Assembly: GCA_963669175.1 (NCBI GenBank)
Contig: OY769902.1
Location: forward strand, 224,001 to 288,000
Length of the DNA stretch: 64,000 nt
Source of the DNA: a bacterium
GTDB taxonomy: Bacteria; Electryoneota; Electryoneia; Electryoneales; Electryoneaceae
Direction of reading: 5' to 3'
Made by a program: the position numbers and the translations under genes. The notes beneath the pieces are model-generated. The model was not told the DNA's origin. It was given only the letters and a program-made list of their open reading frames with translations, and made no database searches. Numbering within the stretch: the first letter of the stretch is position 1; every line of letters begins with the position of its first letter. Shown here piece by piece: positions 1 to 9,957 of this stretch.

Positions 1-1
1 C

Positions 2-1900
2 CAGGTTATCTTCTACAGCCAGGAAGCGCGTCCAACATGGACCGGTGACAACGATATCCTGTTCCAGTACAACGAGATGTACCATTACGGCGGCAGCGCG
101 ATGTCCTACGATGTACCTTACTGGACAACCGGCATTGAAAACGGTGATCAGACAGACGGCATCCTGATCGCTTATTGGAACGACTATGCTCCAGGTGCGG
201 CAACCATTGCAGAAGGTTCCGCCATCCTGTTTACCACCAACATCCCGCAGATCGTTGGGCATGTCCGTGGCCAGGTAACCAGCCTTGCTTCCGGCAATCC
301 TATTGCCGGCGCGGAAGTTCATACCCCCGACTACCTGTTCGAAGCTGTTACAGATGTGAACGGTAACTACTTCATCGAAAACTTCGTAATCGGTGACTGG
401 GTGCTGGATGTGCTTGCTGATTGTTACAATGATCAGTACAGCATTGATATCTCGGTTGTTGAAGCCGAAACCCTGACCGTCAACTTACAGATGACTCACC
501 CGGAATTCGATATTGGTCCGGAGGTTGTTGATGATGAACTGGTTGATGACGACGAGGTTACACATACCCTGACCATTCGGAACCCCGGCGACGGTGTCAT
601 TTCTTTCTCGACACGCGTTGGTTACCAGGATCCTGAAGAGCGGCCACTGGTGTTTGATTATTCCGGTGTTGTCCAGGATGGCGTAGACATGATCTGGGAG
701 CCGATGTATTCCATGGCGCTGGAAGATTATGAATCGCACCATCGTGGTATCGCTTTTGATGGCGAGTATTTCTGGGTAAGCGGCTCCAACAACTATGATC
801 AGGATGGCTACAACCTCCTGTACCAGTATACCTTTGATGGACAATACCTGGCGACTTTCAACCAGCCGGTACCATCGGAAGCCAGAAGCCCACAAGGTTT
901 CTACGGCCTGCACTGGGACGGTGAATACCTGTACGGTGCGGATGAGAGCATTGTATACAAGATGGAATTCCGTAAGGACCAGAACGAGTGGGAAGTCGTA
1001 GAAACTTACGAATTCCCGGTCAATCCACCTTTCCGTTACCTGACTGTCGACCCCGAAACCAACACATTCTACGTTGGCGATTACGGCACGGAAATTCGTG
1101 TGTGCCACCCCGACAGCGCGGATATCATTGCTGAATTCGGGCAGGATTTCCATCCCCGTGGCGCGGCTTGGGTCGCGGATGATCCTGATGGATACAACCT
1201 GTACATGGTCGGCCGTGTCATGAACGACGATTTCGGCCAGATTGTCAAGGTTGATCCAGACAATGGTAACTACATGGTTATCGCTACTTTCGACAACTCA
1301 TTCGTACCGGCCGGCGCATGTATTACCAATGCGTGGAACCCCCAGGTCTGGTCACTGGTTTCTGTCCTCGATGGTGTTGACATGGATGGTATTCAGCTCT
1401 GGAATGCCGGCATCAACGAACGATGGATGGAAATCGCTGATCCGGAAGGCTTCATTCCCGGTGGCGATTCGTTGTCATACGATATCACCATGTATGCCAA
1501 CCAGATGTCATCACGCGATTACCAGATGTACATCTACTTCGACCATACAGCGTGTATCGAACACAATGCTTCCGTACATGTGACCCTCTCCATCCCGAAC
1601 GTCATTGGTGAAGAGGAAAACCTGGAAGCCATGCCGTTGGAATGGGCGTTTGACGGTGCGTACCCGAACCCGTTCAACCCCTCAACCAATATCGCCTTCA
1701 CCTTGAAGGAAGCGACATCCGTACAGTTGCGTGTATACAACCTCCTGGGTCAGCAGGTGACCGTCCTGGCCGACCGCACCATGCGCGCCGGACAACACCA
1801 GCTTACGTTCGACGGTCATGATCTGGCCAGCGGCTTGTACTTCATCCGCTTCGATGCAGGGCCGATCCATGAAACACGCAAGGTCGTCCTGATGAAATAA
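2..1900 (+). CDS. T9SS-sorted surface protein, 5'-truncated by window edge (carboxypeptidase-regulatory-like Ig domain, probable beta-propeller, C-terminal sorting domain)
   Basis: Frame is open from base 2 through the listed 77..1900 ORF; GQVTSLASGNPIAGAEV...TDVNGNYFI motif; C-terminus AYPNPFNPSTNIAF...VYNLLGQQV...SGLYFIRF...RKVVLMK. Confidence 0.85.
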   Translation, partial: QVIFYSQEARPTWTGDNDILFQYNEMYHYGGSAMSYDVPYWTTGIENGDQTDGILIAYWNDYAPGAATIAEGSAILFTTNIPQIVGHVRGQVTSLASGNPIAGAEVHTPDYLFEAVTDVNGNYFIENFVIGDWVLDVLADCYNDQYSIDISVVEAETLTVNLQMTHPEFDIGPEVVDDELVDDDEVTHTLTIRNPGDGVISFSTRVGYQDPEERPLVFDYSGVVQDGVDMIWEPMYSMALEDYESHHRGIAFDGEYFWVSGSNNYDQDGYNLLYQYTFDGQYLATFNQPVPSEARSPQGFYGLHWDGEYLYGADESIVYKMEFRKDQNEWEVVETYEFPVNPPFRYLTVDPETNTFYVGDYGTEIRVCHPDSADIIAEFGQDFHPRGAAWVADDPDGYNLYMVGRVMNDDFGQIVKVDPDNGNYMVIATFDNSFVPAGACITNAWNPQVWSLVSVLDGVDMDGIQLWNAGINERWMEIADPEGFIPGGDSLSYDITMYANQMSSRDYQMYIYFDHTACIEHNASVHVTLSIPNVIGEEENLEAMPLEWAFDGAYPNPFNPSTNIAFTLKEATSVQLRVYNLLGQQVTVLADRTMRAGQHQLTFDGHDLASGLYFIRFDAGPIHETRKVVLMK

Positions 1901-1936
1901 GTGTCCTGACAACTCTCACGGCATGAACGCCGTTTT

Positions 1937-1970
1937 ATCCCCGAACCCGGATTGGGTTCGGGGATTTTCT
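1937..1970 (+). terminator. Rho-independent terminator
   Basis: ATCCCCGAACCC-ggatt-GGGTTCGGGGAT followed by TTTCTT, 36 bp after the stop. Confidence 0.75.
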
Positions 1971-2029
1971 TAGTCGTGGAGTATTATGCTTGACGCCGAC
2001 ATGGACATATCATCGTATATCTGCTATGT

Positions 2030-2270
2030 ATATAAGTGTTCTCGAATTTATAGTGAGTATCGAAAGTATTGTCGCATCCACAGCAGGCGAAATACTGAGG
2101 TGATCGCCGAGATGTTATAATGAGATTGCCGGGAAAAGGGGACGGGATCCTTTTCCTCGCACTCATACTGAATACGCTTCCAGCATTCATGGAAAAGGAA
2201 ACTGTCACCTTTTCCGTGTGATTCCTGCCTGCTCGCAAGAAAAAGGATACAGTCACCTTTCCCGAACCAT
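2030..2270 (+). repeat. Degenerate copy of repeat family R1 (see 19805 and 43944)
   Basis: gagattgccgggaaaaggggacgggatccttttcctcgc...ggaaaaggaaactgtcaccttttccgtg...aaaaggatacagtcacctttcccg aligns by eye with the 320-bp copies; end-like tataagtgttctcgaatttat near 2031. Confidence 0.7.
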
Positions 2271-2453
2271 CTACACTGCGGTTGGGTGGCCCGATTCACA
2301 AGTGATAAATCTTCCGTTGTGGTTGCAGTTTGAATACTGTGATGCTGTTTTGACTCATGACGCAACTTCGAGTGAGTCGGGATTGAGGCATGGAAAGGAA
2401 ACTGTACCCTGAAACAATCTTGAAACTCCATGGTATGCTGGCCCAGCGGAAGG

Positions 2454-2990
2454 TTACTGCAAGGTATCTGCGGGTGCGTTCTCATCTGCCTCAGGAGGAA
2501 GAAGCGTTTCAAGTTTTTCAGTGAGTGTTGCTCCATAGGGCGCCTGGTAGCCAATCGTCCGGTATACTTCATTCGCGTTACCATCAAGGATAACAATCGT
2601 CGGCGGCGCCAGTACACCCCAGCTCAAAGAGGCCTGGGCGGTTGGATCGCTGAGTACCGGAAACTGTACATCATGAGCATGCAGCCAGTTTTTGACACGT
2701 TGCAGCCTTTTGCTGCGGTCCACGTTGATACCCAGTACGCCAATACGGTTTCCATACTGTGCCTGAGCGTCAACGATCCAGCGTGACGCATGTTCTGCCG
2801 GGGAACAGCAGGCTTTGAAAACAAAAATAATCCAGGGACGGCCGTCCGTCGGCAGCACATCAGGCTCAACACTGCCGGGAACAGGGGATAATAAATGAAG
2901 TTGTTCGATGAGGCTGGAGCGATCCTGCGCCAGCCCTTCATGGATTGTGACTACCAGGAGAAAGAGAAGCAAACCCTTTATTCTGCGCAT
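2454..2990 (-). CDS. TlpA/ResA-like thioredoxin-fold periplasmic protein with atypical active site
   Basis: Signal peptide; GRPWIIFVFKACCSP, VLGINVD, FPVLSDP, WGVLAPPTIVILDGN follow the TlpA pattern; co-oriented with ccdA. Confidence 0.7.
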   Translation of the reverse strand: MRRIKGLLLFLLVVTIHEGLAQDRSSLIEQLHLLSPVPGSVEPDVLPTDGRPWIIFVFKACCSPAEHASRWIVDAQAQYGNRIGVLGINVDRSKRLQRVKNWLHAHDVQFPVLSDPTAQASLSWGVLAPPTIVILDGNANEVYRTIGYQAPYGATLTEKLETLLPPEADENAPADTLQ

Positions 2991-2991
2991 G

Positions 2992-3675
2992 TCAAAATCC
3001 GCCGTTTATATAGATTATGTAGGCACCGGCAAACATCATCAGCACGCCAAATACTCTCTTCGACCAGACAGAAAAATTCATGGCGCCTTTGCTGGCGGCG
3101 AATTTCTGGACAAAACCCGCTGAAATCCCGGCGACGATAATCAGCGCCACATGACCAATAGCATAAACAAAAAGCAGCAGAATGCCGTAAAGAACTTTGC
3201 CCTGGGAAGCTACAAAGGTGAGGATGACAACCAGCACAGGAGTAGCACAGGGCGATGATGCAACACCGAACAGAAGCCCCAGAAGGAAAGCTCCAATAGC
3301 GCCGCGAGTCTTGGGTTGCAGTTTGCCCGGCATTGGGATTCGAACATCATACAGCCCGATCATTGATAGCCCCATCGCAATGACAAGGATGCCAACAATC
3401 CAGTACCACGCGGTACCAACCTGTCCGAACAGCCGCCCGAAGATGGCAGCAATCGCGCCAAGAATGGTAAAGGTGATGGACAAGCCAAGCGCAAACAGGA
3501 GAGAATACAGGACAGACTTCTTCTGATCCCCTTCGCTCGCGCCGCCTACGTACCCGATGACCAGGGGTAGAATAGCCAGCACGCAAGGTGAGCTGGCAGA
3601 GAGAAGCCCTCCCAGGAGAACAGCGCCTATTGCCAGCAACGGATTTCCCTGTACCGCCTCAAGCAGTCCTTCCAT
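2992..3675 (-). CDS. ccdA: Cytochrome c biogenesis / thiol-disulfide transporter CcdA (DsbD transmembrane domain)
   Basis: Six hydrophobic segments with SPCVLAILP and SPCATPVL motifs. Confidence 0.9.
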   Translation of the reverse strand: MEGLLEAVQGNPLLAIGAVLLGGLLSASSPCVLAILPLVIGYVGGASEGDQKKSVLYSLLFALGLSITFTILGAIAAIFGRLFGQVGTAWYWIVGILVIAMGLSMIGLYDVRIPMPGKLQPKTRGAIGAFLLGLLFGVASSPCATPVLVVILTFVASQGKVLYGILLLFVYAIGHVALIIVAGISAGFVQKFAASKGAMNFSVWSKRVFGVLMMFAGAYIIYINGGF

Positions 3676-4094
3676 CAGAAGGTCACTCCCATGTCCTGGA
3701 ATACCTTTTCAATTTCTTCTTTGGGAAAGAATCCCTCATGACGGAAGAACTCGGTCCCGTCAGCTTTCAGGAAAACCTGGGTAGGGATAAGACGAATCTG
3801 GAATTTCTTCGCCATGTCAGGAAGCTTCTTTACATCATAGAACCTGATCTCGATTTTATCAGCATGCTCTTCACGCAATGCTTCCATAACCGGAACCATT
3901 TTCTGGCAGGGAATACAGGTCTCGCTTCCCAATTCAATCATTGTTGGAAGTGTATAGCTCTCTTCCGTCGCCACCCTCTGTTCAGAACCTTCCTGATCCT
4001 TTGCTTGTGCTTCACTTTTCTCGCCAGAACAGGAAACAGCCATTCCCAGGCTTGCGACCAGCACGATCAGTATCAACCAACGCCACAACTTCAT
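3675..4094 (-). CDS. Exported thioredoxin-family protein (possible lipoprotein)
   Basis: ELGSETCIPCQKM CxxC motif, IRLIPTQVF cis-Pro motif, N-terminal signal ending AVSC; ATG at 4094 chosen. Confidence 0.85.
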   Translation of the reverse strand: MKLWRWLILIVLVASLGMAVSCSGEKSEAQAKDQEGSEQRVATEESYTLPTMIELGSETCIPCQKMVPVMEALREEHADKIEIRFYDVKKLPDMAKKFQIRLIPTQVFLKADGTEFFRHEGFFPKEEIEKVFQDMGVTF

Positions 4095-4221
4095 CAAATC
4101 CCCCAACTGTAAAGTTCACGTCTCCAGGGAGAAACAAGCTTCATCTTGATTTCGTAGAATCAGCCTGATAATTTATGCACAGTCATGCATAAAAGCAAGA
4201 AATGTGGACTACGGAGTCAAC

Positions 4222-4545
4222 ATGATCGACAACAAGAAAACGGAATCGGAAGCCCAGCTCCTCTCGCTATTGGGTCAGCCCACGCGTTTGAAGCTTCTCT
4301 ATTTTCTTCGATTCGGAGAGAAATGCGTATGCGAAATCCACCCCCAAATGAAAGAAGATCAATCAGTTATCAGTCGTCATTTAATTAAATTGCGGGATAT
4401 GGGTATTCTGGGGTGGCGAAAAGAAGGTGTCTCTGTCTATTACTGGATTGCCGAACCTCGTGTTTTCCGCATATTGGAGATGGCGGACGCTATTGTCCAT
4501 GACTTCACGCAAAAGAAGGCAAAGGATGTAAAAGAAGCGCTGTAG
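4222..4545 (+). CDS. ArsR/SmtB-family metalloregulator
   Basis: LGQPTRLKLL...EKCVCEI...QSVISRHLIKLRDMG...RKEGVSVYY; GGAG ribosome-binding site before ATG 4222. Confidence 0.9.
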   Translation: MIDNKKTESEAQLLSLLGQPTRLKLLYFLRFGEKCVCEIHPQMKEDQSVISRHLIKLRDMGILGWRKEGVSVYYWIAEPRVFRILEMADAIVHDFTQKKAKDVKEAL

Positions 4546-4590
4546 TATTCAGGAAGATTTCATGCGTTCTTGTGCATAAAGGTTTTACCG

Positions 4591-5694
4591 ATGATTGTAG
4601 ATTTACTTTTATCCGGATGGCACGCTCTCACTGAGTATTTATCGGCTCATGTCCTGACGTGTCTTATCCCGGCCTTTTTTATTGCCGGGGCGATTGCCGT
4701 TTTTGTCAGCCAGTCGGCAATAATCAAATACTTCGGGCCTGAAGCAAAAAAATGGCTTTCTTACAGTATCGCATCGGTATCAGGTGCGATACTGGCGGTC
4801 TGTTCCTGTACCATCCTGCCGTTGTTTGCGGGAATCCGGCAACGAGGGGCCGGGCTGGGACCGGCGGTAACATTTCTGTATTCCGGCCCTGCAATTAACG
4901 TCTTGGCTATTATCTATTCCGCCCAGTTGCTGGGGTTTGACCTGGGGATAGCGCGTGCGGTTGGAGCAATCGTTTTTTCGGTTCTGATCGGTTTAATTAT
5001 GGCGTTGATTTTCAAAAAACAGGAAGCTGCGCTGTTTCAGGAGAAGGGTGAATGGTCGTTTTCGTCCGACGATGATGACTTACATCCATTCAAACAGCTT
5101 ATCCCCTATTTCGCGGCGATGGTCCTTTTACTCGTAGCAGCTTCTTCCATCGGCCTGGTGATTGGCCTGGCATCCGGTGAAGAGGGCCGAATGACCCTCA
5201 TCATGGATGGCAAACCAATTCCTGCAGCGCTTTCGCTGGTTCTTCTTGCTGCAATTTTGTTCATGGCGTTTCGCTGGTACAACCATGATGAACTGGTCCA
5301 GTGGATGGAAGAAACCTGGAAACTGATGAAGAAGATCATCCCAGTTCTTCTGCTGGGTGTTTTCATTGCCGGAATTATTCGTGTGTTACTGCCTGAGTCC
5401 GTTGTGCAAACTTGGGTAGGCGGAAACAGTATCTGGAACAACCTGTTGGCAAGTGTTTTTGGCGCACTGATGTACTTCTCCACCCTGACAGAAGTACCGA
5501 TTGTACGTGCGCTGATGGACCTCGGCATGGGCAAAGGCCCGGCCCTGACTCTGCTGCTGGCAGGTCCATCGTTGAGTTTACCGAACATGATTGTAATAGG
5601 ACGCGTTATGGGTGTAAAACGAACAGCCGTATACGTTGCCCTGGTGATAGTACTTTCCACTGCTGTGGGAATGCTTTTTGGTCAGTTGAACTGA
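4591..5694 (+). CDS. ArsP/DUF318-type permease
   Basis: HVLTCLIPAFFIAGAI, AVCSCTILPLF, GPAINVLA, MYFSTLTEVPI, GPSLSLPNM; located downstream of ArsR. Confidence 0.85.
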   Translation: MIVDLLLSGWHALTEYLSAHVLTCLIPAFFIAGAIAVFVSQSAIIKYFGPEAKKWLSYSIASVSGAILAVCSCTILPLFAGIRQRGAGLGPAVTFLYSGPAINVLAIIYSAQLLGFDLGIARAVGAIVFSVLIGLIMALIFKKQEAALFQEKGEWSFSSDDDDLHPFKQLIPYFAAMVLLLVAASSIGLVIGLASGEEGRMTLIMDGKPIPAALSLVLLAAILFMAFRWYNHDELVQWMEETWKLMKKIIPVLLLGVFIAGIIRVLLPESVVQTWVGGNSIWNNLLASVFGALMYFSTLTEVPIVRALMDLGMGKGPALTLLLAGPSLSLPNMIVIGRVMGVKRTAVYVALVIVLSTAVGMLFGQLN

Positions 5695-5706
5695 AGGAGT
5701 TTGATC

Positions 5707-5949
5707 ATGAAGAAAATAGAAGTACTCGGTATCGGTTGCCCGAACTGTAAAAAGACAGAAGCGATTATCCGAAAAGTCCTGGACAAAAAGGGCTGGAAAG
5801 AAGGAACGGAATTCAGTATTGAGAAAGTTACCGATCCCTCAGACATTGCCGCGCGTGGTGTCCTGGCAACTCCTGGTGTGGTGATTGATGGTGAGATTAT
5901 TTCACGCGGCAAAGTGCCCTCCGCAAGCACAGTTGAAGGCTGGTTCTGA
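5707..5949 (+). CDS. Small redox-active disulfide protein (thioredoxin-like, MTH895 type)
   Basis: KIEVLGIGCPNCKKT...GVLATPGVVIDG. Confidence 0.9.
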   Translation: MKKIEVLGIGCPNCKKTEAIIRKVLDKKGWKEGTEFSIEKVTDPSDIAARGVLATPGVVIDGEIISRGKVPSASTVEGWF

Positions 5950-5950
5950 T

Positions 5951-6028
5951 TCATCTCCGGATATGGTTACATTTGCAGTGTTCGAAGATCCGGAAGGCAA
6001 CAAGGTTGGCCTGGTGGAAGACATGTAA
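5951..6028 (+). pseudogene. C-terminal remnant of a VOC/glyoxalase-family gene
   Basis: Translates SSPDMVTFAVFEDPEGNKVGLVEDM*, with the F-x-DPEGN-x-x-x-L end typical of VOC proteins; the N-terminal part is absent. Confidence 0.6.
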
Positions 6029-6054
6029 AATAGCGGAATATTACTATTCGCCAG

Positions 6055-6294
6055 AAAATCGGGACTGCTACTCTTTTCTGCTGGAGACATTTTCTGAACA
6101 CAGGGTTATGACGAGTTGACCAGATGAATACTGGCCTTCATAGCGTAAATAAGTAGCAGAAAAGGTAGCTGTACCAGGATTTTCGGCGGATCTCGAACAA
6201 CATGCTTGCGAAAAATCCGGTACAGCTACCTTTCGGAAACTCTTGATTCAAAATCCTGATTTGATAACAATGAAAAGTAGCAGTCCCATTTTTC
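6055..6294. repeat. Repeat family R3, copy 1 (MITE-like, ~24-bp terminal inverted repeats)
   Basis: Begins gaaaatcgggactgctactcttttc and ends gaaaagtagcagtcccatttttc; internal aaaggtagctgtacc...ggtacagctaccttt; homologous to 9605-9840. Confidence 0.75.
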
Positions 6295-6504
6295 GCCGCC
6301 ACTCTGTCATCCCGGAAACGCTGTCGTTTAGTGTTATTCGGGATCCACTACGAATCCGTCTCCGGCTAATAAACTGAAAAAACTAGTATTTCCTTGTTCC
6401 CGGTCATCCTCTATATTGTAAGATTGGAGCTGGGGGTTCCTGCCCGTAAAAATCACATGGAGTATACACTTCGTGTGTGTTTTGATTGCCGGATGGAGGT
6501 GTTT

Positions 6505-9372
6505 ATGAGGGGTGTTGGGGTTGTGTTGTTAGTGCTGGCCATAGTCTGTTCTGCCGGAATGGTTTATACGCTTGGCAGCGAAGTGCCGGGCACGTATAAA
6601 AATCAGGTAGGCATACAGCATTTGGCAAAAGAAATGCAAATCATGTCCTATCATGTGAAAGGCAAGCAGGGCCATCGCAAGCATCATGAATGGTTGTTAT
6701 TGCGTAACCCGGAAACCGGACGCATCCCACGTGCGATTCGTTCACGCGAGCTCCAGTTTGCCCAGTCGTTGCCTGTAGCCGGACAATCCACTGCCAAAGC
6801 AAACGCCCGAACAGTCAGCACCCAGAATTGGACACCTCGCGGCCCGTGGAATGTGGGCGGACGCACCCGTGCCCTGCAATTGGACGTTTCCAACCCGGAC
6901 CGTGTTCTGGCCGGTGGCGCCAGTGGGGGATTGTGGGTAAGCGAGGATGGTGGCGCCACCTGGACACGTACCTCTTCCATGGCCGCTACTCCCAGCGCGA
7001 CCTGCCTGGCCCAGGATATTCGTGAAGGACACACCGACACCTGGTATTACGGGACCGGTGAATATTACGGCAGCGGCACCCACTCCATGAACGGAGAATG
7101 GTGGCATTTCTGGGGTGAAGGCATTTTCAAGTCAGAAGATGGTGGTGAATCGTGGAATCGTCTCGAATCCACCTCCAGCGACTCGGCAACCTTCACATCT
7201 CCTTTTGATGTGGTTTTCCGCATTATTACCAACCATACCAACGAAGACCAGGATGAAGTCCTCGCAGCGTTATACGGCTGCATTCAGCGCAGTGTGGATG
7301 GCGGCGAGACCTGGGAAACGGTGGTGGGCAGCTTTAATCCTGGGCCGGACGGACAGCTCTGGGGTAACATGGCCTGGACTGATATTGATATCGGCCCCAA
7401 CGGCACCATGTACGCCACGGTTGCCAACAGCCAGACAGGACGTGGCATCTGGCGTTCCACCGATGGCGTCACCTGGGAGAACATTCTTCCGCCAAACTTC
7501 CCCACAGCGTACCAGCGAATTGTGCTGGATGTTTCACCCCAAAGTGACAGCCTGGTTTATTTTCTCGGGGTCACCCCGGGATTTGGGTTTACTGAAGGAA
7601 GCGACGGCGGCATTAGTTTGTTCAAGCTTGAGGTCACTGTTGTGGGTGATATCTGGACCGATTTGTCTCAGAACCTGCCCAACATGAGCGATGTCTACCC
7701 GAATGGTTCGGGGTCCAGATTTACGACACAGGGCGGCTACGACATGCTGGTTAACGTCCACCCGGACGATCCCACAGCTATCTTTGTGGGCGGCAGCAAC
7801 CTCTTCCGTAGCGATGATGGCTTCGAATCCGATGATTCTACATACTGGATCGCCGGGTACAATCCGACCTGGACGAATATCTATGATCCCGGATCCATGG
7901 TGTATCCCGGTAATCACCCGGATGTTCACAAGATGGTATTCGACCCACGTAATTCCGGGACCATGTATCTTTCCAGTGACGGTGGCGTATCGCGTACCGA
8001 TGAATGCCTTTTGCAACCAGGTGTGAATGACTATATGACCTGGACACAGGCTGATGGATACCTGACGACACAATTCTACTGGGTTGCAGTCAATCCACTG
8101 GAAGATAACAACCACGAGATCAGTGGCGGCATGCAGGACAACAGCACCTGGCTTTCCTTTGACAATGATGTCGAAGCTCTTTGGACCATCATTGGCCCGG
8201 GTGACGGCATGGCTTGCGCGATTGGCGCTGCGGAACAACCTGACTGGACATCCTATTTTTCATCCATGCAGTATGGAAACGCCATCGTCCGTGTTACCAT
8301 GGACAATGAGGACCATAACTTGCAGGGAATTTCAATCGTCAATCCACCCAATGCCAATTTCGGTTTATGGATCACACCTTACCATCTTGATCCCTACGAT
8401 TGGAAATCGTTGTACGTTGCGGACAGTCGTTACATCTGGGTTAATGAAGATATTACGGGCAATACAACCTGGCGCATCATGCCGAACTTCAGCATCAACA
8501 CCGGCAACATCAGCGCCTTTGATGTGAGTTATGAACCTGCGCATGTGGCCTACATTGCGGTCAGTCCCTCATCCGGAAGTACCGCACGTCCAACGATCTA
8601 CCATGTTGACAATATCCTGTCCACCGAGCCGGTGATAACCCCCAGCGAAACTGACATCTTCCCTCGCGGCGCCTGGTGTCATTCCATCGCGATTGACCCG
8701 GCTGATGCGGACCGTGCCCTGGTCACCTTCACCAACTACGGTATCCAGTCCCTGTTTTACACCTCGGACGGCGGCGCAACCTGGACCCATGTCAGCGGTA
8801 ATCTGGAAGAGAACGAGGATGGCAGCGGGGATGGCCCGGCGGTGTACTGGGTTGAGATTACACGCTACCAGGGAACCCGTCCCCTCTTCCTGGCAGGCAC
8901 AAGTGTAGGCCTGTATTCCAGTGAGCGCCTGAACGGTTCGGAAACTGTGTGGGTACAGGAAGGCGCGGAGACGATTGGTCACATGATGGTGAGTTCGATG
9001 GATATTCGCCAGAGTGATGGCTATATCGGGATTGGCACGCATGGCGGTGGCACCTATACCGCCGAGCTGTTCCTGGATAGTCCGGAAGAAGCTATCGCAG
9101 AGATGCCTGCGGAATTCGCAATTGAACAGGCCTATCCCAATCCGTTCAACAGTACGGTACGCTTGACGGTTGCGCTTCCGCGCAATGCCAAGGCAACCCT
9201 GACCATTCATGACCTGCTGGGCAGGAAGGTCGCCACGCTCGCCAGTGAGGAACTCACGGCGGGACGACATGCGTTTACCTGGAACGCCGAGAACCATGCG
9301 TCAGGCAACTACTTCGCTACCCTGGAAGCAGAGGGGCAGGTTTCAACGGTACGGTTGTCACTGGTGAAATAG
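6505..9372 (+). CDS. T9SS-sorted BNR/Asp-box (VPS10/sortilin-like) beta-propeller protein
   Basis: WTPRGPWNVGGRTRAL, repeated SxDGGxTW Asp-boxes, C-terminal AYPNPFNST...SGNYF...LSLVK; GGAGG before ATG 6505. Confidence 0.85.
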   Translation: MRGVGVVLLVLAIVCSAGMVYTLGSEVPGTYKNQVGIQHLAKEMQIMSYHVKGKQGHRKHHEWLLLRNPETGRIPRAIRSRELQFAQSLPVAGQSTAKANARTVSTQNWTPRGPWNVGGRTRALQLDVSNPDRVLAGGASGGLWVSEDGGATWTRTSSMAATPSATCLAQDIREGHTDTWYYGTGEYYGSGTHSMNGEWWHFWGEGIFKSEDGGESWNRLESTSSDSATFTSPFDVVFRIITNHTNEDQDEVLAALYGCIQRSVDGGETWETVVGSFNPGPDGQLWGNMAWTDIDIGPNGTMYATVANSQTGRGIWRSTDGVTWENILPPNFPTAYQRIVLDVSPQSDSLVYFLGVTPGFGFTEGSDGGISLFKLEVTVVGDIWTDLSQNLPNMSDVYPNGSGSRFTTQGGYDMLVNVHPDDPTAIFVGGSNLFRSDDGFESDDSTYWIAGYNPTWTNIYDPGSMVYPGNHPDVHKMVFDPRNSGTMYLSSDGGVSRTDECLLQPGVNDYMTWTQADGYLTTQFYWVAVNPLEDNNHEISGGMQDNSTWLSFDNDVEALWTIIGPGDGMACAIGAAEQPDWTSYFSSMQYGNAIVRVTMDNEDHNLQGISIVNPPNANFGLWITPYHLDPYDWKSLYVADSRYIWVNEDITGNTTWRIMPNFSINTGNISAFDVSYEPAHVAYIAVSPSSGSTARPTIYHVDNILSTEPVITPSETDIFPRGAWCHSIAIDPADADRALVTFTNYGIQSLFYTSDGGATWTHVSGNLEENEDGSGDGPAVYWVEITRYQGTRPLFLAGTSVGLYSSERLNGSETVWVQEGAETIGHMMVSSMDIRQSDGYIGIGTHGGGTYTAELFLDSPEEAIAEMPAEFAIEQAYPNPFNSTVRLTVALPRNAKATLTIHDLLGRKVATLASEELTAGRHAFTWNAENHASGNYFATLEAEGQVSTVRLSLVK

Positions 9373-9604
9373 TCTCAGTGTGACAGCGTTATCAGTATCA
9401 CAGTTTATTGTGAGGTAAAGAACTGTAGTTAGATATTGACGTTGATAGTTCAGTTTGACAATACGCTTACCCTTATCCCCGAAAGTACACTCATGTTGCT
9501 TTCGGGGATTTTTCCTCCCTGTTTTATATTGATCATCAGTGTTTTGTCGATACTCTGTCCACCGAAGGTGGGCCACGTGAATAGCTACACAATCAGATTC
9601 AATG

Positions 9605-9840
9605 GAAAATCGGGACTGCTACACTTTTCTGCCAGAGACGTTACCTGAATACAGGAAAAACTGGTTGAACAGGGAATCCTGGTCTTCAAGATAAAAACTG
9701 CAGAAAAGGTAGCTGTCCCTGGATTTTCCTGTTGATCTCGTATGATTACAGGCGAAAAATTTGGTACAGTCACCTTTTCATCACCCCGGGTTAGGCTGTT
9801 TTGCCTTTGCGAACATGAAAAGGTGACAGTCCCATTTTTC
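9605..9840. repeat. Repeat family R3, copy 2
   Basis: Same ends and internal palindromes as 6055-6294, in the same orientation. Confidence 0.75.
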
Positions 9841-9957
9841 GCCACACTGCTTGCTTTCCTTTCTGACAATTGATCTTAAATCTACCTGGAACCTTGCTTC
9901 GACAGGCGGTTCCGCCATACGTTTATACAGTCAGGAGCCGAACGGGAGGGAAGTGTG

